Part shown: positions 9,292 through 19,633 of the stretch, one piece after another
Numbering within the stretch: the stretch's first letter is position 1
Layout of the letters: each line of letters starts with the position of its first letter
Assembly (NCBI GenBank): GCA_020633655.1
Contig: JACKDF010000005.1
Span: 321,424 to 385,423 of the forward strand
From: Deferribacteres bacterium
Lineage (GTDB): Bacteria; Zhuqueibacterota; Zhuqueibacteria; Zhuqueibacterales; Geothermadaptataceae
DNA length: 64,000 nt
Reading direction: 5' to 3'
The notes under the pieces: generated by a model
What the model was told of the DNA's origin: nothing
Seen by the model: only the letters and a program-made list of their open reading frames with translations
The model's database searches: none
Program-made: the position numbers and the translations under genes

Positions 9292-10194
9292 TTATAGTTT
9301 TTTAGTTTTGATTCCCCGTGCCTTTAATAACTGAACGACACTATCGTTCCCCGTCAGATGCCCTGCCCCAACGACAATAAAATATTTTTTACCTTCTGAC
9401 AGCAAATCTTCAATTTTCGGAACCCAGGTTTTATTCCGTTCCACCAGGAGTCGATCATACAGTTGCGGAAATCCGTTAAATCCTTTCGAAAGTAATTGCT
9501 GTAACTCGTTGTTCTTGCCTTTCTCCCATGCATGGAGCATTTTCGTCATGTCTTCTTCAGCATCTTTTGAATCCTCAAGCGTTTTTTCTAAAAAAGCAAC
9601 TTGCAAATCCATGGGTAAATCGTTGAACAGATTCATTTGAAAATCAATGGATTCAAGGCCGATAAGGGGCATGTTGCGTTCCTGCGCTTTTTCGGCAAAG
9701 TGATAATCCAGTCCCAATGTTGCGTCCATTCCCATTTTTGTTGCTTCCAGGGCAGTAATCGTCATGGCGATAAACCATGGTTTACTCCGTGGGAAAAACT
9801 GGATACTTACACCCAGACCGGATAAATAATCAGAAGCTTTCTTGTATATTTCAGGCGAGACGACGTCCTTAAATAATTGCTCATTTGCAAGCTGACTGAT
9901 CTGCATCATTCGTGCTGCAGTCTGGGGCAGTTTTAAACTGTCCATATCCGCTTCCAATACAAGATCGCTACATTCATCAAAGGCTTTGTAGATTTTTTCT
10001 GGCAATGGATAATTCTCTTTTTTCAGAAAATGAACAGATCCGAGAAGATAACTATGATTGCCGTTTTTTGAAATTTTCCACAGGGTTTGTGCCTGAGCAC
10101 CGTTTGGAGTTTGAAGTAGGAAAAAGAATGCGAGGACGAGAGGGAATAGTGCGTTGTATACTGAAGATTTGAAATTGTCAAACATTGATTTCAT
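9292..10194 (-). CDS. TraB/GumN family protein (secreted or periplasmic)
   Basis: 300 aa. Signal peptide, LWKISKNGNHSYLLGSVHFL near the N-terminus, YFIVVGAGHLTG near the C-terminus. Confidence 0.8.
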   Translation of the reverse strand: MKSMFDNFKSSVYNALFPLVLAFFFLLQTPNGAQAQTLWKISKNGNHSYLLGSVHFLKKENYPLPEKIYKAFDECSDLVLEADMDSLKLPQTAARMMQISQLANEQLFKDVVSPEIYKKASDYLSGLGVSIQFFPRSKPWFIAMTITALEATKMGMDATLGLDYHFAEKAQERNMPLIGLESIDFQMNLFNDLPMDLQVAFLEKTLEDSKDAEEDMTKMLHAWEKGKNNELQQLLSKGFNGFPQLYDRLLVERNKTWVPKIEDLLSEGKKYFIVVGAGHLTGNDSVVQLLKARGIKTKKL

Positions 10195-10271
10195 CCTTGA
10201 ATTGGTATTTCAAACCGCAAAACACACGAATTAGAGTTCATCCGTGGAAGTCGTCATTGGAATGCATTTAT

Positions 10272-10314
10272 CCGGAATCCACTATTGGGTGAGGCTGACG
10301 AAAATGGATTCCGG
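10272..10314. repeat. intergenic 9-bp-stem hairpin (CCGGAATCC ... GGATTCCGG) followed by a GGAATGACG motif
   Basis: Seen directly, downstream of acs. See the finding for this region. Confidence 0.5.
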
Positions 10315-10452
10315 CTAAAAACGTGCTGGAATGACGAAAAAAATGGCATTTCCACATGGATATGAATTACACGAAATTTGTGATACATTCATATCACTTT
10401 CCCCTAAATCATCTTTTCGGTGTTTAGTGTATTTCGCGGTTATGCATATAGG

Positions 10453-12390
10453 TTATAATTTATTTTCTACCAAATTTTCAACAACAGTAGGATCAGCCAG
10501 TGTTGATGTATCGCCAACATTTTCCAAATCACCGGAGGCGATTTTTCGCAAAATACGCCGCATAATTTTACCTGATCGTGTTTTCGGCAGGGCAGGGGTG
10601 TATTGAATTTTATCCGGTTTTGCATGCGGACCGATGTGTTTACTTACTGCAGCTAAAATGGCTGCGGTCATTTCTCCATCCGGTTCGATGCCACTCATTG
10701 GGGTAACAAAAGCATAGATCGCCTCGCCTTTAATATCATGCGGGAAACCTACGACAGCGGCTTCAGCAACTCCCTCAGCCTGTCCAATAGCACCCTCAAC
10801 TTCAGCAGTTCCAATACGGTGACCGGAGACATTGAGCACGTCATCAACGCGTCCGGTTATCCAGTAGTAACCGTCTTCGTCACGCTTTGCACCGTCGCCG
10901 GTGAAATAATAACCCGGGAAGCGCAAGAAATAAGTTTGAATGAAACGCTCATGATCGCCGTATACGGTGCGCATAATCGACGGCCAGGCTTTTTTTATTG
11001 CCAGATAGCCAGCCCCAGCCCCTTCGATTTCGTTACCGCTTTCATCCAACAAGACTGGTTCGATACCAAAAAATGGCAAGGTCGCGGAACCCGGCTTCGT
11101 GGTGGTTGCACCCGGAAGCGGTGTAATGAGAACGCCACCTGTCTCTGTTTGCCACCAGGTGTCAACGATTGGACAATTTTCTTTCCCAATAACGGTGTGG
11201 TACCACATCCATTCCGGTTCTTTGATGGGTTCGCCTACGGTACCTAAAAGGCGAATAGAAGACAGATCGTGTGCGTTTGGCCATTTGTCACCTTCTTTCA
11301 TCAACGCACGAATTGCTGTGGGCGCGGTATAAAACTGGTTGACTTTGTGTTTTTCGACGATTTGCCAGAAACGGCCATAATCCGGATAATTCGGGACGCC
11401 TTCATACATCATTGTGATGGCACGGTTTGCCATTGGGCCATAAACGATATACGAGTGGCCGGTAATCCAGCCGATGTCTGCAGTACACCAGTAAATGTCC
11501 CCTTGCTGGTAGTCAAAAATGAGTTCGTGGGTCATAGCGGTATAAAGCAGATATCCGCCAGTCGTGTGTAAAACACCTTTAGGTTTTCCCGTCGAACCGG
11601 ATGTGTAGAGAATGAAAAGCGGATCTTCTGCATCCATTTCCTCTGCATCGCAGAACGGTTCAGCGTTGGCCATGAGTTCATCCCAGTAATGATCGCGGCC
11701 AGGCTGCATTTCCACATCATGGCCGGTGCGACGAACGACAACGACATGTTCGATGGATGGGCATTCGGAAACAGCGTTGTCCGCATTGATTTTCATGGGA
11801 ATATCGTGTTTTGTGCCACGAACACCGCTATCCTGGGTGATAAGAATTTTGCAGGCGGAGTCGTTAATACGGTCGCGCAGGGATTCAGCGCTGAATGCAC
11901 CAAAGACGATGGAATGCACAGCGCCAATACGAGCACAGGCGAGCATAGCAACCGGCAGTTGTGAAATCATTTGCATATACATACAGACCCGATCCCCTTT
12001 TTTAATTCCCAAAGATTTGAGAACATTGGCAAATTTTTGCACTTCTCCTAGAAGTTCATTGTAGCTGAAAGCTGCCGATTCATCAGGATCATTGCCTTCC
12101 CAAATAAGTGCAGTATCCTTGCCATGTCCATCATTTACGTGGCGGTCGAGACAATTGTAGCTGACGTTAAGTTTCCCACCCTTAAACCAGGCAATCTCTC
12201 CTTTAACAAAATCGTATTCGCGTACAGTCTCCCACTTTTTAAACCAGTGTAATCGCTCTGCTTCTTTGGCCCAAAAGCCCTCGGGATCTGCTATGGATTC
12301 ATTGTAACGTTTCGTGTACGCGTCAAGAGAACGGACGTGTGCCTTTTCTGATGTTTTGTTGGATGGGGGGAATTTTTTTACGTCAGCCAT
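10453..12390 (-). CDS. acs: acetyl-CoA synthetase (AMP-forming)
   Basis: 645 aa. YTSGSTGKPKG AMP-binding motif, WWQTETGG, and a typical Acs N-terminus and C-terminus (PKTRSGKIMRRILRKIA). Confidence 0.97.
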   Translation of the reverse strand: MADVKKFPPSNKTSEKAHVRSLDAYTKRYNESIADPEGFWAKEAERLHWFKKWETVREYDFVKGEIAWFKGGKLNVSYNCLDRHVNDGHGKDTALIWEGNDPDESAAFSYNELLGEVQKFANVLKSLGIKKGDRVCMYMQMISQLPVAMLACARIGAVHSIVFGAFSAESLRDRINDSACKILITQDSGVRGTKHDIPMKINADNAVSECPSIEHVVVVRRTGHDVEMQPGRDHYWDELMANAEPFCDAEEMDAEDPLFILYTSGSTGKPKGVLHTTGGYLLYTAMTHELIFDYQQGDIYWCTADIGWITGHSYIVYGPMANRAITMMYEGVPNYPDYGRFWQIVEKHKVNQFYTAPTAIRALMKEGDKWPNAHDLSSIRLLGTVGEPIKEPEWMWYHTVIGKENCPIVDTWWQTETGGVLITPLPGATTTKPGSATLPFFGIEPVLLDESGNEIEGAGAGYLAIKKAWPSIMRTVYGDHERFIQTYFLRFPGYYFTGDGAKRDEDGYYWITGRVDDVLNVSGHRIGTAEVEGAIGQAEGVAEAAVVGFPHDIKGEAIYAFVTPMSGIEPDGEMTAAILAAVSKHIGPHAKPDKIQYTPALPKTRSGKIMRRILRKIASGDLENVGDTSTLADPTVVENLVENKL

Positions 12391-12634
12391 TTGTAAGCCT
12401 CCAAAAAAGTATATTTCTTGAAATTAAACCGCTTCATTCATGCAATCGTATTTGAGATAAAAAGCAGATTTACTGGTCATCATCCGTGTGCAATTTGCAT
12501 GAAAAAAGCTGGCCTGGATGATTTTTGAAAGGAAGTTTATGCAATTCGTTATGATGAATTCATTGGATTTATACATTCTTGCCTGGTTATGCGGAGAAAA
12601 ATATAATGGGAATTGAAGAGAAATACAAAAATTA

Positions 12635-13639
12635 TTAATTTTTTGATGTGTTAAGGGCCACTATTCGTTGTCCGGTATATTGATCAACAGGTGCTGTTCC
12701 AAGTAAGTTGTCGATCTCGGTCATAGTTGACTCGGAAAGTTGTATCCCTGCAGCTTTCACGTTTTCTTCAATTTGTTCCGGCCGTGATGCCCCGATGATC
12801 GCACTTGTTACCGCCGCTGACTGGAGCGTCCACGCAAGGGCTAACTGTGTCAGAGTGAGCTCGAGGTCATTGGCAAGGCGCTTCAAGTCATCAACTTTGG
12901 ATAAGGTTTCAGGCGTGAGACGTTTATGCATGAAGTGGTTAATTGCCTGATTGGCAGCACGACTGTCTTCGGGAATCTGTCCTCCGCTGTATTTCCCGGT
13001 CAAAATTCCTTGTGAAAGTGGCGAAAATACAACGATCCCCAAACCATTGTTGTAACAGGTTTGCATTACTTCAATTTCGAGGCTTCTATTGAGCATATTG
13101 TAAATAGGTTGGTTGCTGACCGGTTGATAGCACCCCAATTGCCGGGCGATACCAACTGCTTCCTGGATTTGGGCTGATGACCATTGGCTCACACCCCAAT
13201 AGAGAATTTTTCCTTGCTGCACCAGATCACTCATGGCACGTACAGTTTCCTCGAGAGGCGTTTGCTCATCATATCTATGGCATTGGTATAAATCGAGATA
13301 GTCGGTGCGTAATCTTTTTAAAGAGGCATGCACTGATTCGAAAATATGCTTTCGTGATAAGCCCTTATCGTTTGGGTTGTCGGACATGGGAAAGTAGCAC
13401 TTTGAAGCGAGAACGATTTTTGACCGCTCATGATCGTGTAATGTTTCCCCAAGAAAAAGTTCAGCTTCACCATTGTTATAGGCATCCGCCGTATCGTAGA
13501 AATTTATTCCCAAATCATGGGCGGTTTTAATACAAGCCTTTGCCAGAGTCATCTCGGTAGTATTGCCATAAGTCAACCAACTGCCAAGGCTTATTTCACT
13601 GATTTGTAACCCGGTTTTTCCAAGATTTCTGTAAAGCAT
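12635..13639 (-). CDS. aldo/keto reductase (Kv-beta-like subgroup)
   Basis: ORF 12635..13651 begins at a GTG. The ATG at 13639 (MLYRNLGKTGLQISEISLGSW) has a GGAG about 10 nt upstream. YWGVSQWS motif is present. Confidence 0.88.
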   Translation of the reverse strand: MLYRNLGKTGLQISEISLGSWLTYGNTTEMTLAKACIKTAHDLGINFYDTADAYNNGEAELFLGETLHDHERSKIVLASKCYFPMSDNPNDKGLSRKHIFESVHASLKRLRTDYLDLYQCHRYDEQTPLEETVRAMSDLVQQGKILYWGVSQWSSAQIQEAVGIARQLGCYQPVSNQPIYNMLNRSLEIEVMQTCYNNGLGIVVFSPLSQGILTGKYSGGQIPEDSRAANQAINHFMHKRLTPETLSKVDDLKRLANDLELTLTQLALAWTLQSAAVTSAIIGASRPEQIEENVKAAGIQLSESTMTEIDNLLGTAPVDQYTGQRIVALNTSKN

Positions 13640-13653
13640 TTTGTCGAACACTC

Positions 13654-13866
13654 CTAACTTTTTTTCTTTTCTTCCAATCTTTTATCCAGCATATAATCGG
13701 CTAAAATAAACGCTTCCTCTGCTGTCCATTCATTTGGCTTGTGCCCGTTTGCCAGCAGGCCTTGCAACGCGTGGGCAGCAAAATAATCCCTTAAAGTCAT
13801 CCCTTTGTATTCGGTTTTCTCACCTTTCAGCGGAAATGCCGGGCCGGCGATGTTTGTTTTCTTCAC
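13654..13866 (-). CDS. hypothetical 70-aa protein, probably translationally coupled to the AKR gene
   Basis: GTG start. The stop lies 2 nt before the ORF-track start of the AKR gene. Contains TLRDYFAAHALQGLLAN. No family recognised. Confidence 0.4.
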   Translation of the reverse strand: MKKTNIAGPAFPLKGEKTEYKGMTLRDYFAAHALQGLLANGHKPNEWTAEEAFILADYMLDKRLEEKKKS

Positions 13867-14470
13867 ACTTTACTCCTGAATTGAAAAAATAACTCTGAAT
13901 TTAGTCGTTAAAAATATAGATTTTTGACTGAATAAAATCAACTGGTTAAATTCCGGTTCGCTTTTTGAGTTCAATTTTATCGTGAGATTATCATATGAAA
14001 CGTCTTCGCAGATTAATACTGTATGACTAAATTCGAGATATTAATAATTTATTTCAAAATTCTTAATTTGGCTTAATTATTTATTCTAATTATAATGATT
14101 GTCTAAATAAATTTTGAAAGTTTAATTTATTTTGACCAATTAAGATGCGTTACGCATCAAAAATAAAATATAATTTTTCTTTTTTTATAAAACCTATTAA
14201 AAAAACTTGATTGTGCGCGCCAAAAGCATGATACTCCGCAAGCTGGATTTCCCAATTTAATCATGCGTTTTAATTGGGTTTTAAAAAATTGTTTTTAGAT
14301 GGTCAAATAAAAGCATACTTTCCTGAATCACTTAAATCCCTGTAAAATCATTCTCTATAATTGGTAAAAAGAATTTAACTGTAGTGCTCCAGGTCAAATC
14401 CTTTAGCACTTGTAAAATAAAGCGAAGCGCTGATAGGAACACTCATCCTAAAGCTTTCTTTAGCTAAAAC

Positions 14471-16942
14471 ATGTTAGAATTTGACAAAGCCCCGCATATT
14501 GGAATGGGTATGGACCAACGAAATTCAGACAAATTGATTTGCTTTCATTGCGGCGAAGTATGCGATAATGACGACATTCGCATTGAGGACAAAATTTTTT
14601 GCTGCCAGGGATGTCGGATCGTCTATGAAATAATTGCTGAAAGCGGTCTCGATAGTTATTATGACATCGAAAATAAACCCGGGATAAAAGGACTTGAAGA
14701 CGTCCCCCAAAACAAGTTCGCCTACCTGGATGATGCTCAGATTACTGATAAATTACTCGATTTTCAGGATGAAAATACAGGCACTGTTACTTTTTCAATT
14801 CCACAAATCCATTGCAGTGCATGCATCTGGCTTCTCGAAAATTTGCATAAATTCCATCCGGCTATTCGTTCCTCCAAAGTCAATTTCTTAAAGAAGGAAG
14901 CCTTCATCGTATTTTCCCGTGATCAGTTGAGCTTGCGTCGGTTAGTCGAAATGCTGGCCTCCATTGGTTATGCCCCGGATATCAACCTGCAGTCAATCGA
15001 ACAAAAAAATACACCGAGTGCTTCTCGCAAACTGTGGCTAAAGTTGGGGGTTGCAGGCTTTGCATTCGGCAATGTCATGCTGCTTAGTTTTCCTGAATAT
15101 CTCGCTGGGGAAGGGGAGATTGAACCTTATTTCCTGCAGTTTTTTTCATATTTGAATATCCTGCTTTCACTTCCTGTGCTTTTGTATTCCGCATCAGATT
15201 ATTTTCGCTCCGCCTGGGTGGGATTGCGGAAAAATATGATCAATATGGATGTTCCCATTTCTTTGGGAATGCTCGTGCTGCTGGGCCGCAGTTATTGGGA
15301 AATTTTCACAGATACCGGCACAGGTTATCTCGATTCCTTTACTGGATTGGTCTTTTTTCTTCTCATTGGTAAGCTTTTCCAACAAAAAACCTATGATTCA
15401 CTCAGTTTCGAACGTGACTATAAAAGTTATTTTCCCATTTCAACGACATTGATCAAAGACGGTGGAGAAGAAGCTATTTCAATTTCCAAGCTTAAAGTGG
15501 GAGATAGAATTATCGTTCGAAACCGGGAACTGATCCCGGCAGACGCCACTTTGCTGTCACCCTCGGCGCAAATCGATTATAGTTTTGTAACCGGGGAATC
15601 TCGACTTGTGACGAAGAAAAGCAGTGATTTTATTTATGCCGGGGGAAGGCTTGCAGGTATGGCTGCGGAATTTGAAATAAATGAGGAAGTTTCACAGAGC
15701 TATCTGACCCGTTTATGGAACCACGATTCATTTACAGAGCACGCAAGAAGCACGGTTTCAACGATTTCAGACACAGTCTCCAGGTATTTTACATATATCG
15801 TTTTCAGCATCGCCTTGATTGCTGGTCTGTTCTGGTTGCCGCGCGATATGGTCGTAGCGTGGGATGCCTTTACCGCGGTGTTGATCATAGCATGTCCTTG
15901 TGCCCTTGCGCTTTCAATTCCATTTACACTGGGTAATGCCTTGCGTTTGCTTGGCCGAAGTTCCTTTATCGCGAAAAATATCGAGACTATTGAAAATCTT
16001 GCTGGAATCGATATGATTATTTTTGATAAAACTGGAACCTTAACCATGCAGAGCAGCGATGCGGTTATTTTTCACAGTTTTACAGATGAATCGCTTACGC
16101 AGAAAGAAATGAGGCAGATTAAAACTTTAGCCCGGCAATCAACGCATCCGCTGAGTTACCGTATTTACCAGAACACAGTAGGAAACGTATCCGATAAACT
16201 TGTTTCTTACGAAGAAGTTGAAGGCGCAGGCATTTCCGGAGAAATTGAGGGCAAAAAATATCAATTAGGCTCAAAGCAATGGTTGATTTCAAAGATCGGG
16301 TCGTTTGCAAACGGTCTGGACAGCAGTGTGGGCAGTTCGACTTATGTTGCAATCGATGGAAAAATTCGTGGTCGATTTGAATTCAAAAATACTTTTCGTC
16401 CTGGTCTGGAAAAGACGATTTCTGAATTAGAACACAACTATACGATTGCTTTGCTTTCCGGTGACAGCGACCACGAACGCGAGCAATTACAGGAATTATT
16501 CGGCACAGACAAAGAGCTCCGTTTCGAGCAAAGCCCGGCAGATAAACTTGAATACATTCTCGAAAAGCAGCGCCAGGGAAAAAATGTATTAATGATCGGT
16601 GATGGCCTGAACGACGCTGGTGCTTTAAAACAAAGTGATGTCGGCGTTGCTATTTCAGACGATATTTCCGCTTTTAGTCCAGCCTGTGATGCAATTTTAG
16701 TAGGAAATCGGTTGCACAATTTCTCCAGGTTTTTAAATTTCAGCCAATCGTGTATTAAAATTGTTTATCTAAGTTTTATACTCTCTTTTATCTATAATAT
16801 AGTTGGATTTTTCTTCGCAGTACAAGGCTTGCTATCGCCTCTGTTTGCGGCGATTCTTATGCCATTGAGCTCGATAACCGTTGTTTCCTTTGCGACATTG
16901 GCAACAACCATGCAAGCAAGGCGGAAGGGAATTATCGGATGA
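14471..16942 (+). CDS. ccoI: heavy-metal (Cu) translocating P1B-type ATPase, CcoI/FixI type
   Basis: 823 aa. N-terminal Cys-rich domain (CFHCGEVCDNDDIRIEDKIFCCQGC), CPC (IIACPCALALS), DKTGTLT, GDGLNDAGAL. The exact start codon is uncertain. Confidence 0.92.
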   Translation: MLEFDKAPHIGMGMDQRNSDKLICFHCGEVCDNDDIRIEDKIFCCQGCRIVYEIIAESGLDSYYDIENKPGIKGLEDVPQNKFAYLDDAQITDKLLDFQDENTGTVTFSIPQIHCSACIWLLENLHKFHPAIRSSKVNFLKKEAFIVFSRDQLSLRRLVEMLASIGYAPDINLQSIEQKNTPSASRKLWLKLGVAGFAFGNVMLLSFPEYLAGEGEIEPYFLQFFSYLNILLSLPVLLYSASDYFRSAWVGLRKNMINMDVPISLGMLVLLGRSYWEIFTDTGTGYLDSFTGLVFFLLIGKLFQQKTYDSLSFERDYKSYFPISTTLIKDGGEEAISISKLKVGDRIIVRNRELIPADATLLSPSAQIDYSFVTGESRLVTKKSSDFIYAGGRLAGMAAEFEINEEVSQSYLTRLWNHDSFTEHARSTVSTISDTVSRYFTYIVFSIALIAGLFWLPRDMVVAWDAFTAVLIIACPCALALSIPFTLGNALRLLGRSSFIAKNIETIENLAGIDMIIFDKTGTLTMQSSDAVIFHSFTDESLTQKEMRQIKTLARQSTHPLSYRIYQNTVGNVSDKLVSYEEVEGAGISGEIEGKKYQLGSKQWLISKIGSFANGLDSSVGSSTYVAIDGKIRGRFEFKNTFRPGLEKTISELEHNYTIALLSGDSDHEREQLQELFGTDKELRFEQSPADKLEYILEKQRQGKNVLMIGDGLNDAGALKQSDVGVAISDDISAFSPACDAILVGNRLHNFSRFLNFSQSCIKIVYLSFILSFIYNIVGFFFAVQGLLSPLFAAILMPLSSITVVSFATLATTMQARRKGIIG

Positions 16943-17106
16943 CAATAATATTTTTACTTATTTCAATTAGTCTTCTGTTAGCATTAGGGTTTTTGGTTGC
17001 TTTTATCTGGGCAGTGAAAAGCGGCCAATTTGATGACGCATACACACCCTCTGTAAGAATGCTAATGGATGATGTCACTCACAAACCTAAAAGGATGGAG
17101 AAGTAG
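16939..17106 (+). CDS. ccoS: cbb3 oxidase maturation protein CcoS/FixS (55 aa, not in the ORF track)
   Basis: My translation: MTIIFLLISISLLLALGFLVAFIWAVKSGQFDDAYTPSVRMLMDDVTHKPKRMEK. One TM helix plus the W-x-VKSGQFDD signature. Its ATG overlaps the ccoI stop (ATGA). Confidence 0.85.
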   Translation: MTIIFLLISISLLLALGFLVAFIWAVKSGQFDDAYTPSVRMLMDDVTHKPKRMEK

Positions 17107-17109
17107 TGT

Positions 17110-19581
17110 ATGCCTGTTGAACAATTCTATTACGACAATCGCATAACGCGAAATTTTGCGATTGCAACAATGCTCTGGGGCGTTGTAGGCATGCTTGTGG
17201 GTATAATTGTCGCGCTGCAAATATACCTGCCGGAGTTAAATCTTGGCATTGCCTATACAACCTTTGGCCGCCTGCGCCCGCTTCATACGAATGCGGTTAT
17301 TTTTGCTTTTGCCGGAAATGCTATTTTTATGGGCATCTATTACAGTTTGCAAAGACTGTGTAAAGCCCGTATGTGGAGCGATTTTCTCAGTAAATTTCAT
17401 TTCTGGGGCTGGCAATTAATTATCGTTTCTGCTGCATTAACTTTGGTTTCAGGAATCACAACCTCTAAAGAATATGCAGAGCTTGAATGGCCAATCGATA
17501 TCGCAATTGCAGTGGTTTGGGTTGCCTTTGCAGTGAACATGTTTGGAACCATTATCAAACGTCGTGAGCGTCACATGTACGTTGCTATCTGGTTCTACAT
17601 TGCAACGGTTGTTACTGTTGCTGTGCTGCACATTTTCAACTCCCTTGAATTGCCCGTTTCCTTTCTGAAAAGTTATTCAGTTTATGCCGGTGTTCAGGAT
17701 GCTCTTGTTCAATGGTGGTATGGTCACAATGCTGTGGCTTTCTTTTTAACAACACCATTTTTAGGCTTAATGTATTACTATCTGCCCAAAGCCGCAAATC
17801 GCCCGGTATTTTCCTACCGTCTGTCAATTGTCCATTTCTGGGCGTTGATTTTCATTTACATTTGGGCTGGACCCCACCACTTGCTGTATACCTCATTGCC
17901 AGATTGGGCTCAAACATTAGGTATGGTATTCAGCTTAATGCTCATTTCACCCTCATGGGGTGGTATGCTTAACGGATTATTGACCTTGCGTGGTGCATGG
18001 GATCGTGTACGTGAAGATCCAATACTTAAGTTCATGGTTGTTTCCGTAACGGCATACGGGATGTCAACATTTGAAGGACCGATGCTTTCTATTAAAAGTG
18101 TGAATGCCCTGTCGCATTATACGGACTGGACAGTTGCCCACGTTCATGTTGGTACCCTTGGCTGGAACGGATTTCTCACGTTTGGCGTTGCCTATTGGTT
18201 ATTTCCACGAATCTACAAAACCAAACTGCATTCTGTTTCACTGGCAAACCTGCACTTCTGGATAGGAACGCTCGGTATCTTGTTCTGGGTTATCCCGATG
18301 TACTGGGCCGGTATTACACAAGGTTTGATGTGGAAGCAGTTCACCAGTGATGGCCTCTTGCAATATCCGAACTTCCTTGAAACCGTATTGCAAATCGTTC
18401 CAATGTATATTATTCGTTCCATCGGTGGAACCATCTATTTTGTGGGTGTTTTGATCGGTGTTTACAATTTATATAAAACAGCGAAGAGTGGAAGTCTGGT
18501 AGCTGATGAAGCTGCAGAAGCACCAGCACTGGAGCGCGAAGAAGGCGCTCATGGCCATATTTACTGGCACCGTTGGATTGAAAGTCGTCCAATGCGTTTT
18601 CTGGTGGTAACATTGATCGCAATTCTTATTGGTGGCATGGTAGAGATTATTCCTTTCCTGACCGACAAGAGTCAGATTCCGACCATCGCGACAGTTAAAC
18701 CCTATACACCACTTGAGCTTGAAGGGCGTGACCTCTACATCCGTGAAGGCTGTAACAATTGCCACTCGCAAATGGTGCGTCCATTCCGCTCTGAAACAGA
18801 ACGTTATGGTGAATATTCAAAAATTGGTGAGTTCGTTTATGATCACCCATTCCTGTGGGGATCAAAACGTACTGGCCCAGATTTGCAACGGGTCGGTAAA
18901 AAGTACCCCGATGGCTGGCATTTCAACCATATGCGCGATCCTCGTTCGATGTCTCCCGGTTCTTTGATGCCACCGTATCCATGGTTGATCAGCAATACGC
19001 TGGATGCAAGCAACATCAAAGGCAAGATTAGCGCAATGCGTACACTTGGTGTACCTTATGAGGAAGGTTACGAGGATAAAGCTGAAGCCGATATGAAGGC
19101 ACAAGCAGAAACTATCGTAGCCAATTTAAAAGCCTCAACAGTTGAGACGAGTGCAGACAAAGAAATAGTTGCCTTGATCGCTTTTTTACAGCGTCTTGGC
19201 ACGGATATCAAAGTAGGCAAAGAAGTTGAGACCACAGATATTAGCTCCTTACCAGTTCCGGATGTCACCGCCCTCACGGACGATGCAAGCATCGAAAGTG
19301 GTAAAGCGATCTGGCAGAAAAACTGCGTCGTCTGCCACGGCGATCAGGGACAAGGTCTCATTGGTCCAAACATGACCGATAAATACTGGATTCATGGAAA
19401 TGGGAGTATTGGTACAATCCTGAATGTTATTCGTGAAGGTGTGCCTGCGAAAGGGATGATTTCATGGAAATCAACCTTAACAGAGAAAGAAATGCTTCAG
19501 GTAGGCAGCTTTATCCTGGCAAAATTGCAGGGAACAAATCCGCCAAATCCAAAAGCACCTGAAGGTAATCTGGTCGAATAA
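17110..19581 (+). CDS. ccoNO: cbb3-type cytochrome c oxidase, fused CcoN-CcoO with an extra C-terminal mono-haem cytochrome c domain
   Basis: 823 aa. A multi-TM CcoN part (HVHVGTLGWNGF) comes first. The CcoO part follows, with a TM helix plus YIREGCNNCHSQMVRPF. The last ~110 aa carry a second CxxCH (NCVVCHGDQG) and are paralogous to the CcoP haem domain. Confidence 0.93.
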   Translation: MPVEQFYYDNRITRNFAIATMLWGVVGMLVGIIVALQIYLPELNLGIAYTTFGRLRPLHTNAVIFAFAGNAIFMGIYYSLQRLCKARMWSDFLSKFHFWGWQLIIVSAALTLVSGITTSKEYAELEWPIDIAIAVVWVAFAVNMFGTIIKRRERHMYVAIWFYIATVVTVAVLHIFNSLELPVSFLKSYSVYAGVQDALVQWWYGHNAVAFFLTTPFLGLMYYYLPKAANRPVFSYRLSIVHFWALIFIYIWAGPHHLLYTSLPDWAQTLGMVFSLMLISPSWGGMLNGLLTLRGAWDRVREDPILKFMVVSVTAYGMSTFEGPMLSIKSVNALSHYTDWTVAHVHVGTLGWNGFLTFGVAYWLFPRIYKTKLHSVSLANLHFWIGTLGILFWVIPMYWAGITQGLMWKQFTSDGLLQYPNFLETVLQIVPMYIIRSIGGTIYFVGVLIGVYNLYKTAKSGSLVADEAAEAPALEREEGAHGHIYWHRWIESRPMRFLVVTLIAILIGGMVEIIPFLTDKSQIPTIATVKPYTPLELEGRDLYIREGCNNCHSQMVRPFRSETERYGEYSKIGEFVYDHPFLWGSKRTGPDLQRVGKKYPDGWHFNHMRDPRSMSPGSLMPPYPWLISNTLDASNIKGKISAMRTLGVPYEEGYEDKAEADMKAQAETIVANLKASTVETSADKEIVALIAFLQRLGTDIKVGKEVETTDISSLPVPDVTALTDDASIESGKAIWQKNCVVCHGDQGQGLIGPNMTDKYWIHGNGSIGTILNVIREGVPAKGMISWKSTLTEKEMLQVGSFILAKLQGTNPPNPKAPEGNLVE

Positions 19582-19633
19582 CAGGTTCAACAGATAGTAA
19601 GCTGTTCAGGTGGCTAAAGTCTGAACAGCTTAA

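Noticed and set aside
14383-14410. AGTGCT...AGCACT inverted repeat upstream of ccoI considered as a CIRCE element
   Set aside because: The arms are in the opposite order to TTAGCACTC-N9-GAGTGCTAA, the spacer is 16 nt, and a heat-shock operator makes no sense in front of a Cu-ATPase/cco cluster.
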